Origin: a virus
Lineage: Duplodnaviria > Caudoviricetes
Direction: 5' to 3' (one strand)
Virus record (IMG/VR): IMGVR_UViG_3300042860_002877
Coordinates: 1 to 33,153 of that record
DNA length: 33,153 nucleotides
Shown: one piece after another, positions 18,120 through 26,503 of the stretch
How positions within the stretch are numbered: position 1 is the stretch's first letter
Layout of the letters: each line of letters starts with the position of its first letter
The notes under the pieces: model-generated
Told to the model about the DNA's origin: nothing
Databases searched by the model: none
What the model saw: only the letters and a program-made list of their open reading frames with translations
Position numbers and translations under genes: made by a program

Positions 18120-18878
18120 TTATTTGAGTTTCTCTAAAATTTCAATAGCTTCTTGTATCCATTTTTTGTGAACACTAATTCTAGTATGTAATGATTCGTC
18201 ATTTATATTAGAATCTAATTTTTTATCTCCCGTCATAATACCAGAATTTATTCCTGCTAATTTTTTATCAATGAATAATCCTCCACCACTATCGCCACTA
18301 GCAATTAAAAATTCTAATTGTGTTTTAGTGCCAGACTTTACGGAACATACTAATAAATCTGCCAATATACTATCTATGATATTTGATCCACCCCTTTTTA
18401 AATGATCATATTTTGTAGCACCAGTGGTATATATTCCAGTTCTACCATACCCTACTATTCCACATATTTTTCCCATTTCGTCTTCTGCGTCATAAAGTTC
18501 TGGATATACCGAAATCTTTACATCTTCTTTTAATAAACATACAGCTATATCAAATCCAAATTTTTCTTCTGTAAATTTGTCGTATACTACAGAGTACAGT
18601 ATATCTACATTATTTTCTTTATGTTTTATGTAGCAATCTTTTGCCTGTTTCATAACGTGTGCTGCTGTAAGCAGTATTTTAGGCTGTATTAGCACTCCAG
18701 AAGCAAAAAAGGTTTTGTTATTATTTTCATCACCCTCTCTATTTATTTTGCCACCAAGACTTACTATGCATTCGTATGTATTGCCATAATTAACATATTT
18801 TGAATCTGGCACATTCGGATCAATTGTTCCACCTAAAGATACGTTTAACAAAATTAGCCATAATAATAATGATCTCAT
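18120..18878 (-). CDS. Secreted trypsin-like (S1) serine protease
   Basis: Signal peptide; LTAAH, FDIAV and GDSGGG catalytic triad motifs. Confidence 0.9.
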   Translation of the reverse strand: MRSLLLWLILLNVSLGGTIDPNVPDSKYVNYGNTYECIVSLGGKINREGDENNNKTFFASGVLIQPKILLTAAHVMKQAKDCYIKHKENNVDILYSVVYDKFTEEKFGFDIAVCLLKEDVKISVYPELYDAEDEMGKICGIVGYGRTGIYTTGATKYDHLKRGGSNIIDSILADLLVCSVKSGTKTQLEFLIASGDSGGGLFIDKKLAGINSGIMTGDKKLDSNINDESLHTRISVHKKWIQEAIEILEKLK

Positions 18879-19212
18879 AACCGTACCTCCGTGGTTTATA
18901 TTGTATAATTGGTTCTAGGAATGGCCTATTAACAATGAGAGTTTTGTAGTTTTTTGCATCTTCTATGATATTAATATTCCAACTTTTCCAATCCATTAAA
19001 TGTCCAAATACAAAGTGGCAATATTTACCACACAATGTAATAAGGTTATTTGGATCTAATTCTTTAGATCTGTCTATTTGATAGGGAATAATATGATGAA
19101 CTTCTAAATTGTCTTCCCTCCCACACGCAGCACATGATGGATAATTTTTTAAGTGATTTTTGCGTACTGTATTCCATTTACCAGATCTTCCAAAATTAAA
19201 AAAATACGCCAT
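18820..19212 (-). CDS. Small HNH endonuclease
   Basis: CAACG...LEVHHIIP...NLITLC...CH. Confidence 0.85.
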   Translation of the reverse strand: MAYFFNFGRSGKWNTVRKNHLKNYPSCAACGREDNLEVHHIIPYQIDRSKELDPNNLITLCGKYCHFVFGHLMDWKSWNINIIEDAKNYKTLIVNRPFLEPIIQYKPRRYGYEIIIIMANFVKRIFRWNN

Positions 19213-19223
19213 AATATATACAC
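19213..19223 (-). promoter_or_regulatory. GTGTATA motif directly before the HNH start
   Basis: GTGTATATATT-ATG with no SD sequence, suggesting a leaderless mRNA. Confidence 0.45.
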
Positions 19224-19273
19224 CATTTTTAATTTAATCCACAATATAGATCATTATTATGTATTATATATAT

Positions 19274-19840
19274 CTATACTGTAGTGAATTTACTTAGAAC
19301 AAAACTAGAATCACAAAATTTTGTAAGATACAATTTGTTTTTTTCTTTAAATTCATCTACAGCCCTTATCACTTCAGCGTGAGCTGGGTCGTAATCATGA
19401 CCACAAATAAATCCAGTACTTCGAACTTTAGCTAAAGCAAATGATAAATCATGCACAACCATGTCATATGAATGATCTCCGTCTATGTATATACAATCTA
19501 AACTATTGTTTTCAATTAAGTCAAAAATATCCGATGATTTTTTTCTTATAAGTTGAATTTTTTCATTTAGATGGGATAATCTGTCTTTAAATGCTAATTC
19601 TTGCTCTGGACTCCATAGTGGATCTATACAATATAGTTTTGAAACGAACTGAAATGATGATATAAGTAAAGCAGATTCTCCAATATTTGATCCTATTTCG
19701 CACCAAACTTGGTTTTTGTTACAGCCACTTTTTTCGTATACATGTTGAATTAAATGAATTAAACCTGTAACTTGGATTCCAGAACTTGGATTCCACGTTG
19801 GCATAAACCTTGATGAAAGCTTTGTTTTTTTAGTACTCAT
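19274..19840 (-). CDS. Class I SAM-dependent methyltransferase (Methyltransf_24-like)
   Basis: EIGSNIGES, IYIDGDHSYD, GFICGHDY. Confidence 0.88.
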   Translation of the reverse strand: MSTKKTKLSSRFMPTWNPSSGIQVTGLIHLIQHVYEKSGCNKNQVWCEIGSNIGESALLISSFQFVSKLYCIDPLWSPEQELAFKDRLSHLNEKIQLIRKKSSDIFDLIENNSLDCIYIDGDHSYDMVVHDLSFALAKVRSTGFICGHDYDPAHAEVIRAVDEFKEKNKLYLTKFCDSSFVLSKFTTV

Positions 19841-20402
19841 ATTTAAAAGCTTCTATATCTTCTTTATACAGATTATATACTAAGTTTCTGGTTTTTGTAT
19901 TATAGTAGTCATGATAGTGTGTATGTTCTGTTGTATTTTCCTTGGGTATATTTTGTACAGATATATTTAGGATATCTAATATGTTTTTAAGATCGTAGTT
20001 TATATTCTCAAATCTTCCTAAATAGTCTATCTTGTTAGTATCTATTAATTCAACTTGTTGTTTTAAATGTCCATCATAACCTATATATTCAGGTGTTAAC
20101 ATTTCTATAAACTGATCAAAAGAAAAATTTGATAAGGGTTTATAGAATTCCATTTCCCAAATTGTACCTATAGATTTTTGTGTTTTATCTAAAAAACAGG
20201 ATAATAATCTATCCCAAGGATTTCTTACTATTGAAAATTTAAAATATGTATTCCAATTTGTGTTCCAATATGATTCAAAAGATTCATGAGATATATTCGT
20301 ATTTTCTTTTAATATCATACCAATGCTTACTGTTGCTACTTTGGGGATTCGAAAATAGACATATTTTTTTTCATCAGATACCATTAAGTTATATTCTTTC
20401 AT
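19830..20402 (-). CDS. Sulfotransferase family 2 protein
   Basis: FRIPKVATVSI, FSIVRNPWDRLLS, HLKQQ, GRFEN, YKEDIEAFKY. Confidence 0.88.
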   Translation of the reverse strand: MKEYNLMVSDEKKYVYFRIPKVATVSIGMILKENTNISHESFESYWNTNWNTYFKFSIVRNPWDRLLSCFLDKTQKSIGTIWEMEFYKPLSNFSFDQFIEMLTPEYIGYDGHLKQQVELIDTNKIDYLGRFENINYDLKNILDILNISVQNIPKENTTEHTHYHDYYNTKTRNLVYNLYKEDIEAFKYEY

Positions 20403-20416
20403 AGATAATTCTTTAT

Positions 20417-22648
20417 TTATTGAGTAGTATACTGATTATTAACTATTATACTAGAAATTTTTGAAACGTTTTCATTCAGTTTTATATACGGATAGAAATA
20501 ATGTTTTATTTTGATGAAGTCATTAGCTCGTTCTTCACAACAATAACCAATAAACTTATCTACTGGACAAGTAATAGATTTTTTTCCGCTCCAATTATAT
20601 TTAGTAGTATAAGTACCATTGGCAATACTTTGTGCAACTATGCTATCTTCTTCAACTGGCTTTACATAATTCAAAAGAGTTGGACAATTTGTTGCTGATA
20701 TTAATTTTTGAGCAGCAGATAGGCTCAAGATATATGCTTCTCCACCATTCAATATCATTCTATTATCATGCCAATGTATCCTAAGTGATAACTGAATCAA
20801 TTCGTGATTTTCAAAAATAATGTTAGAATTCATCAGCGATTGTAACGAAGATATATCGATATCATCTTCAAGCACTAGTGTATATGGTATATTTTCTTCT
20901 ACAATTTTTTCCCACACCTTATAGTGACTTAAATATGCACCAAATGCTCCCGGATTTTTTGTGAAATAATACTTACTAGTGAGGTTGACGGGTTGAAATG
21001 TTATCGCATTATTTAACAAGACCGTTTCATAATTATTTGAATTAACCTCTATCGCTTCAAATCTTTCAACTTCCTCAATATGTTTTATGTTATTCCACCT
21101 ATCTTCTCTATTAGCTAGATTTATACATAGTATTTTTGGAAACTTATACTCCTTATTAAAATGTACAACTTTATCTTCTATTGTGTAATTTTTGCGTGTT
21201 GGAAAAGTTGGAGAGTGTGCAGAACACATATATCTATTATCTTGTTCCGTTTTAATGATATCTTTATTTTGATAATTTATGCCCCTATCTATATTACTAT
21301 GTGGTATGTGGTAAATACTTTTTTCAATGTTGAACCAAATTATTTCTTTGATTTGGGGCTTATGTTGTTTGATTCTATTATGAAGATCTATTTCATCAAA
21401 TCCATACCCATTCAAGTCTTCTCTAAATGGTAGTAAGTTATCCCTATGTATTAAGAAAAAGCCAGACATTGAAGATGAAAAAGTAAAATCTCCCTTAACA
21501 AAATAATTTTTCATATTCTTATTTAGAAGTAAATTATCCAAAAATGCGGAATCGATCAATTGATAATCGCTATCTATTTTAAGAATATAGTTTTCCTTAG
21601 ATAAATCAAAGCCAATATTATATGCACGACCAAGATTAAACACTGTCTCATTCTCTACTCTTATTATCTTAACATTTTTTTGTTGTGATAATTTTTGTAA
21701 ATCCATATTTTCTTGTAGTGGGTTTTTAGAACTATAGTCAACAATTATGAATTCACGAATGTATGGCACATTAATCCAACTCTTTAATATTTTGACTAGA
21801 TTTTCTTCCCTATTCATGCAGGCAACAACTAAAGAAATTCCAACTTTAGACAGCAACAAGTCATTCAATTCTTTGGCTATCCCATTAGAAATTTTATTTT
21901 TGTAGCTTGATGTTAGTGCGATAAATTTTTTAGCAATGTCAAAATTCTCAACCTCAATTAAGAACGATACAAAGTCTTTAACAAACTTGAGATTATTTTT
22001 TATGCCACCAGCTTTATCTAGAAAAGTTTCTATATCGATGTACTCATGTTCTATAATCTTAGTTAGATATTGCTCTACGATCTGTATAAAATTATGATAT
22101 TGATTATTTTTGACTAGTGAGAACACGATGTTGTTTATAGATTTGACTATTTGCTGGTCTATTTCTATGTTTCTTAGTATGTGTCCAAAAAGACTTGGAT
22201 ATTTGTGTTTGTTTTTGTCTTTGTTATATATGATTAAAGCTTGTTTGAGATTTTTTTCATGTATGTATCTAATGCATGTAAGATAATTCTGTTCACTCTT
22301 TTGAGACTCGTTAATTATTTTATCACACTGTTCTACCATTCCTAAATCTAGACAGCTAGTTAGATATAATATCTTGACTTTAATATTTTTGTGGTAGTGA
22401 TAAATTTTTTCTATGATATCATTAAACTCTGATATATTAGTAATACTATATTTTTCAACACACGTATTAATCAGATATATAACTTCAAGTAATTCAAATA
22501 GTTTTCCTTCTTCTATATATCTATTAACAATTGATCTAATGAATTGAATAGATTTCTCTACACTGTTTATACTTGAAATATATTCGCTATACATTTCAAA
22601 GTTTTTTCTACTAGTGTCCATATCTTTAATCAGTGAAAAGTTAATCAT
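20417..22648 (-). CDS. Multidomain glycosyltransferase: helical N-terminus, GT2-like domain, GT25-like domain
   Basis: GT2: ACMNRE, IIVDYSS, ILKIDSD, GYGFDE. GT25: CINLANREDRW, ERFEA, GAYLSHYKVW, LVLEDD. Confidence 0.85.
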   Translation of the reverse strand: MINFSLIKDMDTSRKNFEMYSEYISSINSVEKSIQFIRSIVNRYIEEGKLFELLEVIYLINTCVEKYSITNISEFNDIIEKIYHYHKNIKVKILYLTSCLDLGMVEQCDKIINESQKSEQNYLTCIRYIHEKNLKQALIIYNKDKNKHKYPSLFGHILRNIEIDQQIVKSINNIVFSLVKNNQYHNFIQIVEQYLTKIIEHEYIDIETFLDKAGGIKNNLKFVKDFVSFLIEVENFDIAKKFIALTSSYKNKISNGIAKELNDLLLSKVGISLVVACMNREENLVKILKSWINVPYIREFIIVDYSSKNPLQENMDLQKLSQQKNVKIIRVENETVFNLGRAYNIGFDLSKENYILKIDSDYQLIDSAFLDNLLLNKNMKNYFVKGDFTFSSSMSGFFLIHRDNLLPFREDLNGYGFDEIDLHNRIKQHKPQIKEIIWFNIEKSIYHIPHSNIDRGINYQNKDIIKTEQDNRYMCSAHSPTFPTRKNYTIEDKVVHFNKEYKFPKILCINLANREDRWNNIKHIEEVERFEAIEVNSNNYETVLLNNAITFQPVNLTSKYYFTKNPGAFGAYLSHYKVWEKIVEENIPYTLVLEDDIDISSLQSLMNSNIIFENHELIQLSLRIHWHDNRMILNGGEAYILSLSAAQKLISATNCPTLLNYVKPVEEDSIVAQSIANGTYTTKYNWSGKKSITCPVDKFIGYCCEERANDFIKIKHYFYPYIKLNENVSKISSIIVNNQYTTQ

Positions 22649-22669
22649 ATCAAATATCCTGCCATCAAG

Positions 22670-23021
22670 TGGAGGCGACGGGAGTCGAACCCGTGTCCTA
22701 GCAACAGATCATTATACTTTCTACAAGTTTATTTTGTTCATAAAATCTTAAAAGAGAATAAAGAACAAACAACATTCATCTCTTCGTACCAACAAAGTCT
22801 TAATCTAGAACCCGTTGGCTATTCTAGATGCAGAAGGATTTAACGACGATTTTTTGGACGCTACCCTCATCGCATCCTCAAATCGTTGCTACTTTTTCAA
22901 GCAGCAAGAGCTAACTGTGTTACGCCAGTTAAAGCGTTTAGTATGGTTTTAAAGTAGCCTCCATACCACCTACTACTTGCTTACATAAATCACTTATTGT
23001 AGTCGAAACCTTGACGCCCCC
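22670..23021 (-). ncRNA. ssrA: tmRNA, tag (A)GVTQLALAA
   Basis: 5' GGGGGCGTCAAGGTTTCGAC; 3' GACACGGGTTCGACTCCCGTCGCCTCCA; acceptor stem with G3.U; TAACT then GGC resume codon; tag ORF 22926-22897 ends LALAA-TGA. CCA not encoded. Confidence 0.95.
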
Positions 23022-23413
23022 TATTCATTATCTAAAAGAAAAGCCACCATATCACTAATTCCATTTTTAATTCCTACTAATCTAGCCATTTCCTTATCAT
23101 TATCTAGAATAATAAATGTAGGAATCTGTTCAATATTATACTTGCTTACTGTGGCTTTGTCAATATCGAAATTTATCTTCTTCAACTTATATTTTTTCAT
23201 AGCCATGCTTACTAAAGAGTGAGGATTATTTATTTCCTTGTGTGCTATTCTACATGGTCCGCATCTATCAGAATAAAAAAATAATAACTGCTTATTAGAG
23301 ACAACCATTGCAAAACATTCTAATGTAAGCCAAGACACTAGAAATGAAATAACAAATATGCTTTTATACGCTTTATTCATGATAAACCTCGCTAATTTGA
23401 TAAAAATATTCAT
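23021..23413 (-). CDS. Thioredoxin-family protein with N-terminal hydrophobic segment
   Basis: CGPC, YNIEQIPTFII. Start uncertain (ATG 23413 or 23380); the track's GTG start coincides with a GTGTATA motif. Confidence 0.8.
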   Translation of the reverse strand: MNIFIKLARFIMNKAYKSIFVISFLVSWLTLECFAMVVSNKQLLFFYSDRCGPCRIAHKEINNPHSLVSMAMKKYKLKKINFDIDKATVSKYNIEQIPTFIILDNDKEMARLVGIKNGISDMVAFLLDNE

Positions 23414-23429
23414 CTGAAATTTATACACA

Positions 23430-23636
23430 TTAACTTTCTAGATATCCGTTCAAGAAGTTATTAATAAATTTGATATCTGATTTATCCAATCTTATTTCAT
23501 ATATCTCGTTGTTAAAATTACAGAATCTCAGTAAATACGGTTTATTTTTAAGCATACCGTTATACAGGAGTTCTATAACATCATTTTCTAAAATGAGATA
23601 TGTTGAGGTTTCATCTTCTTGTTTTTTGAGTTTCAT
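23430..23636 (-). CDS. Hypothetical protein
   Basis: 68 aa, overlapping the DUF1501 stop. Confidence 0.65.
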   Translation of the reverse strand: MKLKKQEDETSTYLILENDVIELLYNGMLKNKPYLLRFCNFNNEIYEIRLDKSDIKFINNFLNGYLES

Positions 23637-24877
23637 ATTAACTCCCTTATGACTTTTCCGCTATTTGCTATTTTCATCGGCCTTCCATTTTTAGATGTAA
23701 ATGTAGTTTCAAGTGATATATCTAAACTTTTAAGCACTGTTGCCATTAGATCCTCAGAGGAATATGGTTCAGTAATTACTTTCTTTCCATCTTCATTGGT
23801 TTCTCCAACTACTATGCCCTGTTTTAATTTACCGCCACCAACTACTGCACTCCAACTTCTTGCCCAATGATCTCTTCCAGCGTTCTTGTTGATGTCTGGC
23901 GTTCTTCCAAATTCTCCCATCCATATAATGTTAGTTGTTTCGTATAATCCCCTACCTATTAAATCTTCAATTAGGGCGCTCATACCCATATCCATTTGAG
24001 ATAATTTATCTGGCAGCGTGGTAAATATATCCATATGATTATCCCACCCGCCAAGTTCTACTTCGATAAATGGAACACCAATTTCTACCAACCTTCTAGC
24101 CATTAAACAGCCTTTACCGAAAGGAGTATTACCATATCTTTCACGAATATTTTGTGGCTCTTTGCTAACATTAAAGACTTCAGTATATGGACCTAGCATT
24201 AAATCAACAGTTTTATTTAACATCTTGGCGTGACTATCAGCAAGTTCTCCACGTTTTTCTTGTATGAATTTATTTTCTACTACAGCCAAGAAGTCTAATC
24301 TTTGTTGTAATATTTGTCGATCTATACTAGATTGTATATTTCTAATTGTTCCATTATAATCAACAACTAGTGGGGCGTATGTGGCACCAAGAAATCCCGG
24401 CCCAATACTTGTGCCACCAATGCTTATAAATGGCGGTATTCCTATTTGTGACATTGTATTTTTCAGTAATTCGTGGGATATTACAGAACCATAACTAGGA
24501 TGTTCTATGTTTGGATTAGGAACATATCCAGTATGCATATAATATCTACCTCTACCATGATCCGCCTCTCTTGTACTCATACTGCGAATAATACTAAGAT
24601 TATCCATTTTTTTAGATAGCAGCGGCAAATGTTCACATATTTGCATACTATCTACGTTTGTTGAAATTGGTTTAAATTGTCCCCCACTTGGACTATCGGG
24701 TTTTAAGTCCCAAATATCTATTGTGCTGGGACCGCCACTCATCCATAGCAATATTGTGCTTTTATTTTGCTTTTTCAATTTATTAGCATTTGCTAGGATA
24801 GCATTTTGGAATAATATCGAACTTGATGATAATGCCATTATTCCATTGATATGAGATAAAAAATGTCGTCTGTTCAT
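23633..24877 (-). CDS. DUF1501-family protein with Tat-like signal
   Basis: MNRRHFL; LLWMSGGPSTIDIWDLKP, CLMARRLVEIGVPF, GGWDNH, GEFGRTP, GRDHW. Confidence 0.92.
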   Translation of the reverse strand: MNRRHFLSHINGIMALSSSSILFQNAILANANKLKKQNKSTILLWMSGGPSTIDIWDLKPDSPSGGQFKPISTNVDSMQICEHLPLLSKKMDNLSIIRSMSTREADHGRGRYYMHTGYVPNPNIEHPSYGSVISHELLKNTMSQIGIPPFISIGGTSIGPGFLGATYAPLVVDYNGTIRNIQSSIDRQILQQRLDFLAVVENKFIQEKRGELADSHAKMLNKTVDLMLGPYTEVFNVSKEPQNIRERYGNTPFGKGCLMARRLVEIGVPFIEVELGGWDNHMDIFTTLPDKLSQMDMGMSALIEDLIGRGLYETTNIIWMGEFGRTPDINKNAGRDHWARSWSAVVGGGKLKQGIVVGETNEDGKKVITEPYSSEDLMATVLKSLDISLETTFTSKNGRPMKIANSGKVIRELI

Positions 24878-24906
24878 AAAATTCTCCTTAATATTGTGTT
24901 AGTTAA

Positions 24907-24946
24907 TAGCCCCAGCAGGAATCGAACCTACAATTAGAGATTAGAA
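24907..24946 (-). pseudogene. 3' half of a split tRNA-Arg(UCU)
   Basis: TTCTAA-TCTCT-AATT-GTAGG-TTCGATT-CCTGC-TGGGGCT-A; overlaps the last codons of the HNH gene. Confidence 0.85.
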
Positions 24947-25311
24947 TGAGTATAAAAATGAGTTTCTCTATGACAATTTGCACACAATAAATCACATTTG
25001 TCTAATTCTTTGCAGATGATACTTTTATTTTTTTCAAATGACGTTATTTTTATATGCGAGAAAGTAAAATGTTTTTTCTTTGGATTTCTATGGTGTAATT
25101 CTAAAGCTCCAATACATTTGCTATATCCACATTTTTCACATTTTCCACCTTTATAATGGACTAATTCTTCTTTAAATTTTCTTAATCTTTCTGCTGTATT
25201 TTGACTATTACAAGATTTACAATAAGATTGTACTTTTCCCTTTCTTTGTCCGCTTTTTACAATGTAGAAATTATCTATTGATTTTTCTTCTTTACATCTA
25301 AAACATTTCAT
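24934..25311 (-). CDS. HNH homing endonuclease
   Basis: N-terminal CFRC..CKSC zinc finger; CEKCG...LELHH...CDLLCANCHRETH. Confidence 0.9.
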   Translation of the reverse strand: MKCFRCKEEKSIDNFYIVKSGQRKGKVQSYCKSCNSQNTAERLRKFKEELVHYKGGKCEKCGYSKCIGALELHHRNPKKKHFTFSHIKITSFEKNKSIICKELDKCDLLCANCHRETHFYTHSNL

Positions 25312-25360
25312 TTGGTATTCCTTATGGATAGAAAACTATTATCTATCCATAGATACACAA
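25312..25360 (-). promoter_or_regulatory. Hairpin over the HNH RBS, GTGTAT motif in its 5' arm
   Basis: Perfect 10 bp stem TATGGATAGA/TCTATCCATA, extendable by GTAT/ATAC and TTG/CAA across AGGA. Confidence 0.65.
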
Positions 25361-25373
25361 TAAAAATAAAAAG

Positions 25374-25447
25374 TACCCCAAACAGGACTCCAACCTGTAA
25401 CCTTGTCATTAGAAGTGACTTGCTCTATGCAATTGAGCTATTGGGGC
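25374..25447 (-). tRNA. tRNA-Arg(UCU), intact, T-loop TTGGAGT
   Basis: GCCCCAA/TTGGGGT acceptor, GCTC/GAGC D-stem, GTCA-CTTCTAA-TGAC, ACAGG/CCTGT. Confidence 0.88.
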
Positions 25448-25493
25448 ATGTTGTACATTCATGATCGATAGTTATTAATAATATTTTGTCAAG

Positions 25494-25518
25494 ATTCTAT
25501 CCATTTAACTATGGGGCC
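25494..25518 (-). pseudogene. 5' half of the split tRNA-Arg(UCU)
   Basis: GGCCCCA-TA-GTTAAATGGATAGAAT; GGCCCCA pairs 7/7 (one G.U) with TGGGGCT at 24914-24908. Confidence 0.8.
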
Positions 25519-25542
25519 GAATAATGTGATTTTGATATTTTA

Positions 25543-25552
25543 GTGTATATAC
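25543..25552 (+). promoter_or_regulatory. GTGTATA motif upstream of the only + strand gene
   Basis: GTGTATATAC; the motif switches strand together with the gene. Confidence 0.5.
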
Positions 25553-25598
25553 TGTTGTAAATATTTACACTTTTACTCATTAATGGGAGATATTACTT

Positions 25599-25928
25599 AT
25601 GGCATTTTCAACACATGGTATACAAGAGGTTTTTACTGGAGCAACAGTAAATGCAAGTGGAGCTTTAACACTCCCATCTGGTAGTATTAATAGCTATATT
25701 CCTCTTACTTCTGGAAATCCAACAGTATATGAAATGATGTATGGCCTCATTGATACTATGGCAGACGCTGTTGCTTCTGGAAATCCAACCAACGTTACAG
25801 TTTCACAATCACAATCAATTTCTGGTAACACTCTTGTAAAGAGATATAATTTTACAGTAAATCTAGATCTAGCTGGCTCAGACATAGATGAAATTCTTAA
25901 TGTCAAAGTGGAACCATCTGGCTCTTGA
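25599..25928 (+). CDS. Hypothetical Ser-Gly-rich protein, possibly virion-associated
   Basis: GGGAG RBS, own terminator, fills a gap in the minus-strand genes; SGNPT occurs twice. Confidence 0.8.
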   Translation: MAFSTHGIQEVFTGATVNASGALTLPSGSINSYIPLTSGNPTVYEMMYGLIDTMADAVASGNPTNVTVSQSQSISGNTLVKRYNFTVNLDLAGSDIDEILNVKVEPSGS

Positions 25929-25958
25929 TTATATCCACAATTAGTAATGTATGCAATC

Positions 25959-25990
25959 AGAGCCAAGGGAAACCTTGGCTCTTTTTGTTT
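25959..25990 (+). terminator. Rho-independent terminator between convergent genes
   Basis: AGAGCCAAGG-GAAA-CCTTGGCTCT-TTTTGTTT. Confidence 0.9.
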
Positions 25991-26286
25991 CATGAAACCT
26001 TGTAGTATTTTTCACAACGCTGAATAAACTTTGGAAGAATCTTTCGTAGATCCCGTGGCATATTTTCTATAATATCCGTTACAAATGATGCCCTACCAAG
26101 AGCAATACGAAGACCAAGCTTTTTACAAAATCTATCATACTTTGAACAGAATGAGTATCCAACATTGTATCCACCCTCATGCATTTTCGTTGCAACAAGA
26201 ACCCCCTTTGGTTCACCATTCTTATCACGAAGATAACTAATCAAAGTATACTTAGGAATATCGACGTTGTTCATTGTTTTCTCCAA
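25990..26286 (-). CDS. Hypothetical phage protein
   Basis: GYSFC...DRFCKKLGLRIALGRA pattern; start may be the second Met. Confidence 0.75.
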   Translation of the reverse strand: MEKTMNNVDIPKYTLISYLRDKNGEPKGVLVATKMHEGGYNVGYSFCSKYDRFCKKLGLRIALGRASFVTDIIENMPRDLRKILPKFIQRCEKYYKVS

Positions 26287-26499
26287 TTAAATAATATCTG
26301 CTGCCATAAAATCCATATCCAGATTGAGTTCATCCCAATCCTCTTGCGTAACATTTCCAACTACCAAATAGTTGTCATCATCAGACATATTGTAGTCGAT
26401 ATAAAAATCTTCAGACTTTGAGGACTTCATCTGGTTAAGATCAATAACTAGGTCTTGTGCTTCTTTATGACCAATCACATTACTAAAACAATTAATCAT
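26287..26499 (-). CDS. Small acidic hypothetical protein
   Basis: GAGG RBS before MINCFS. Confidence 0.7.
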   Translation of the reverse strand: MINCFSNVIGHKEAQDLVIDLNQMKSSKSEDFYIDYNMSDDDNYLVVGNVTQEDWDELNLDMDFMAADII

Positions 26500-26503
26500 T
26501 ATT

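Larger units (their letters stand above)
24947..25493 (-). mobile_element. Putative homing cassette (HNH plus replacement tRNA-Arg) inserted in tRNA-Arg(UCU)
   Basis: Lies exactly between complementary 5' and 3' halves of a tRNA-Arg gene. Confidence 0.7.

Noticed and set aside
25464-25492. TTGACA at the cassette junction as a promoter for the replacement tRNA
   Set aside because: The -35 is perfect and suggestively placed, but there is no convincing -10 at 16-18 nt (TATCGA/ATCGAT), so it is not called.
24947-25493. Group I intron in the tRNA-Arg anticodon loop
   Set aside because: The insert does not end in G, the 5' anticodon strand is missing, and the HNH plus a complete tRNA leave no room for a ribozyme core.
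25694-25993. Minus-strand 99 aa ORF
   Set aside because: Antisense to the + gene that has an SD and terminator; it runs through the terminator hairpin.
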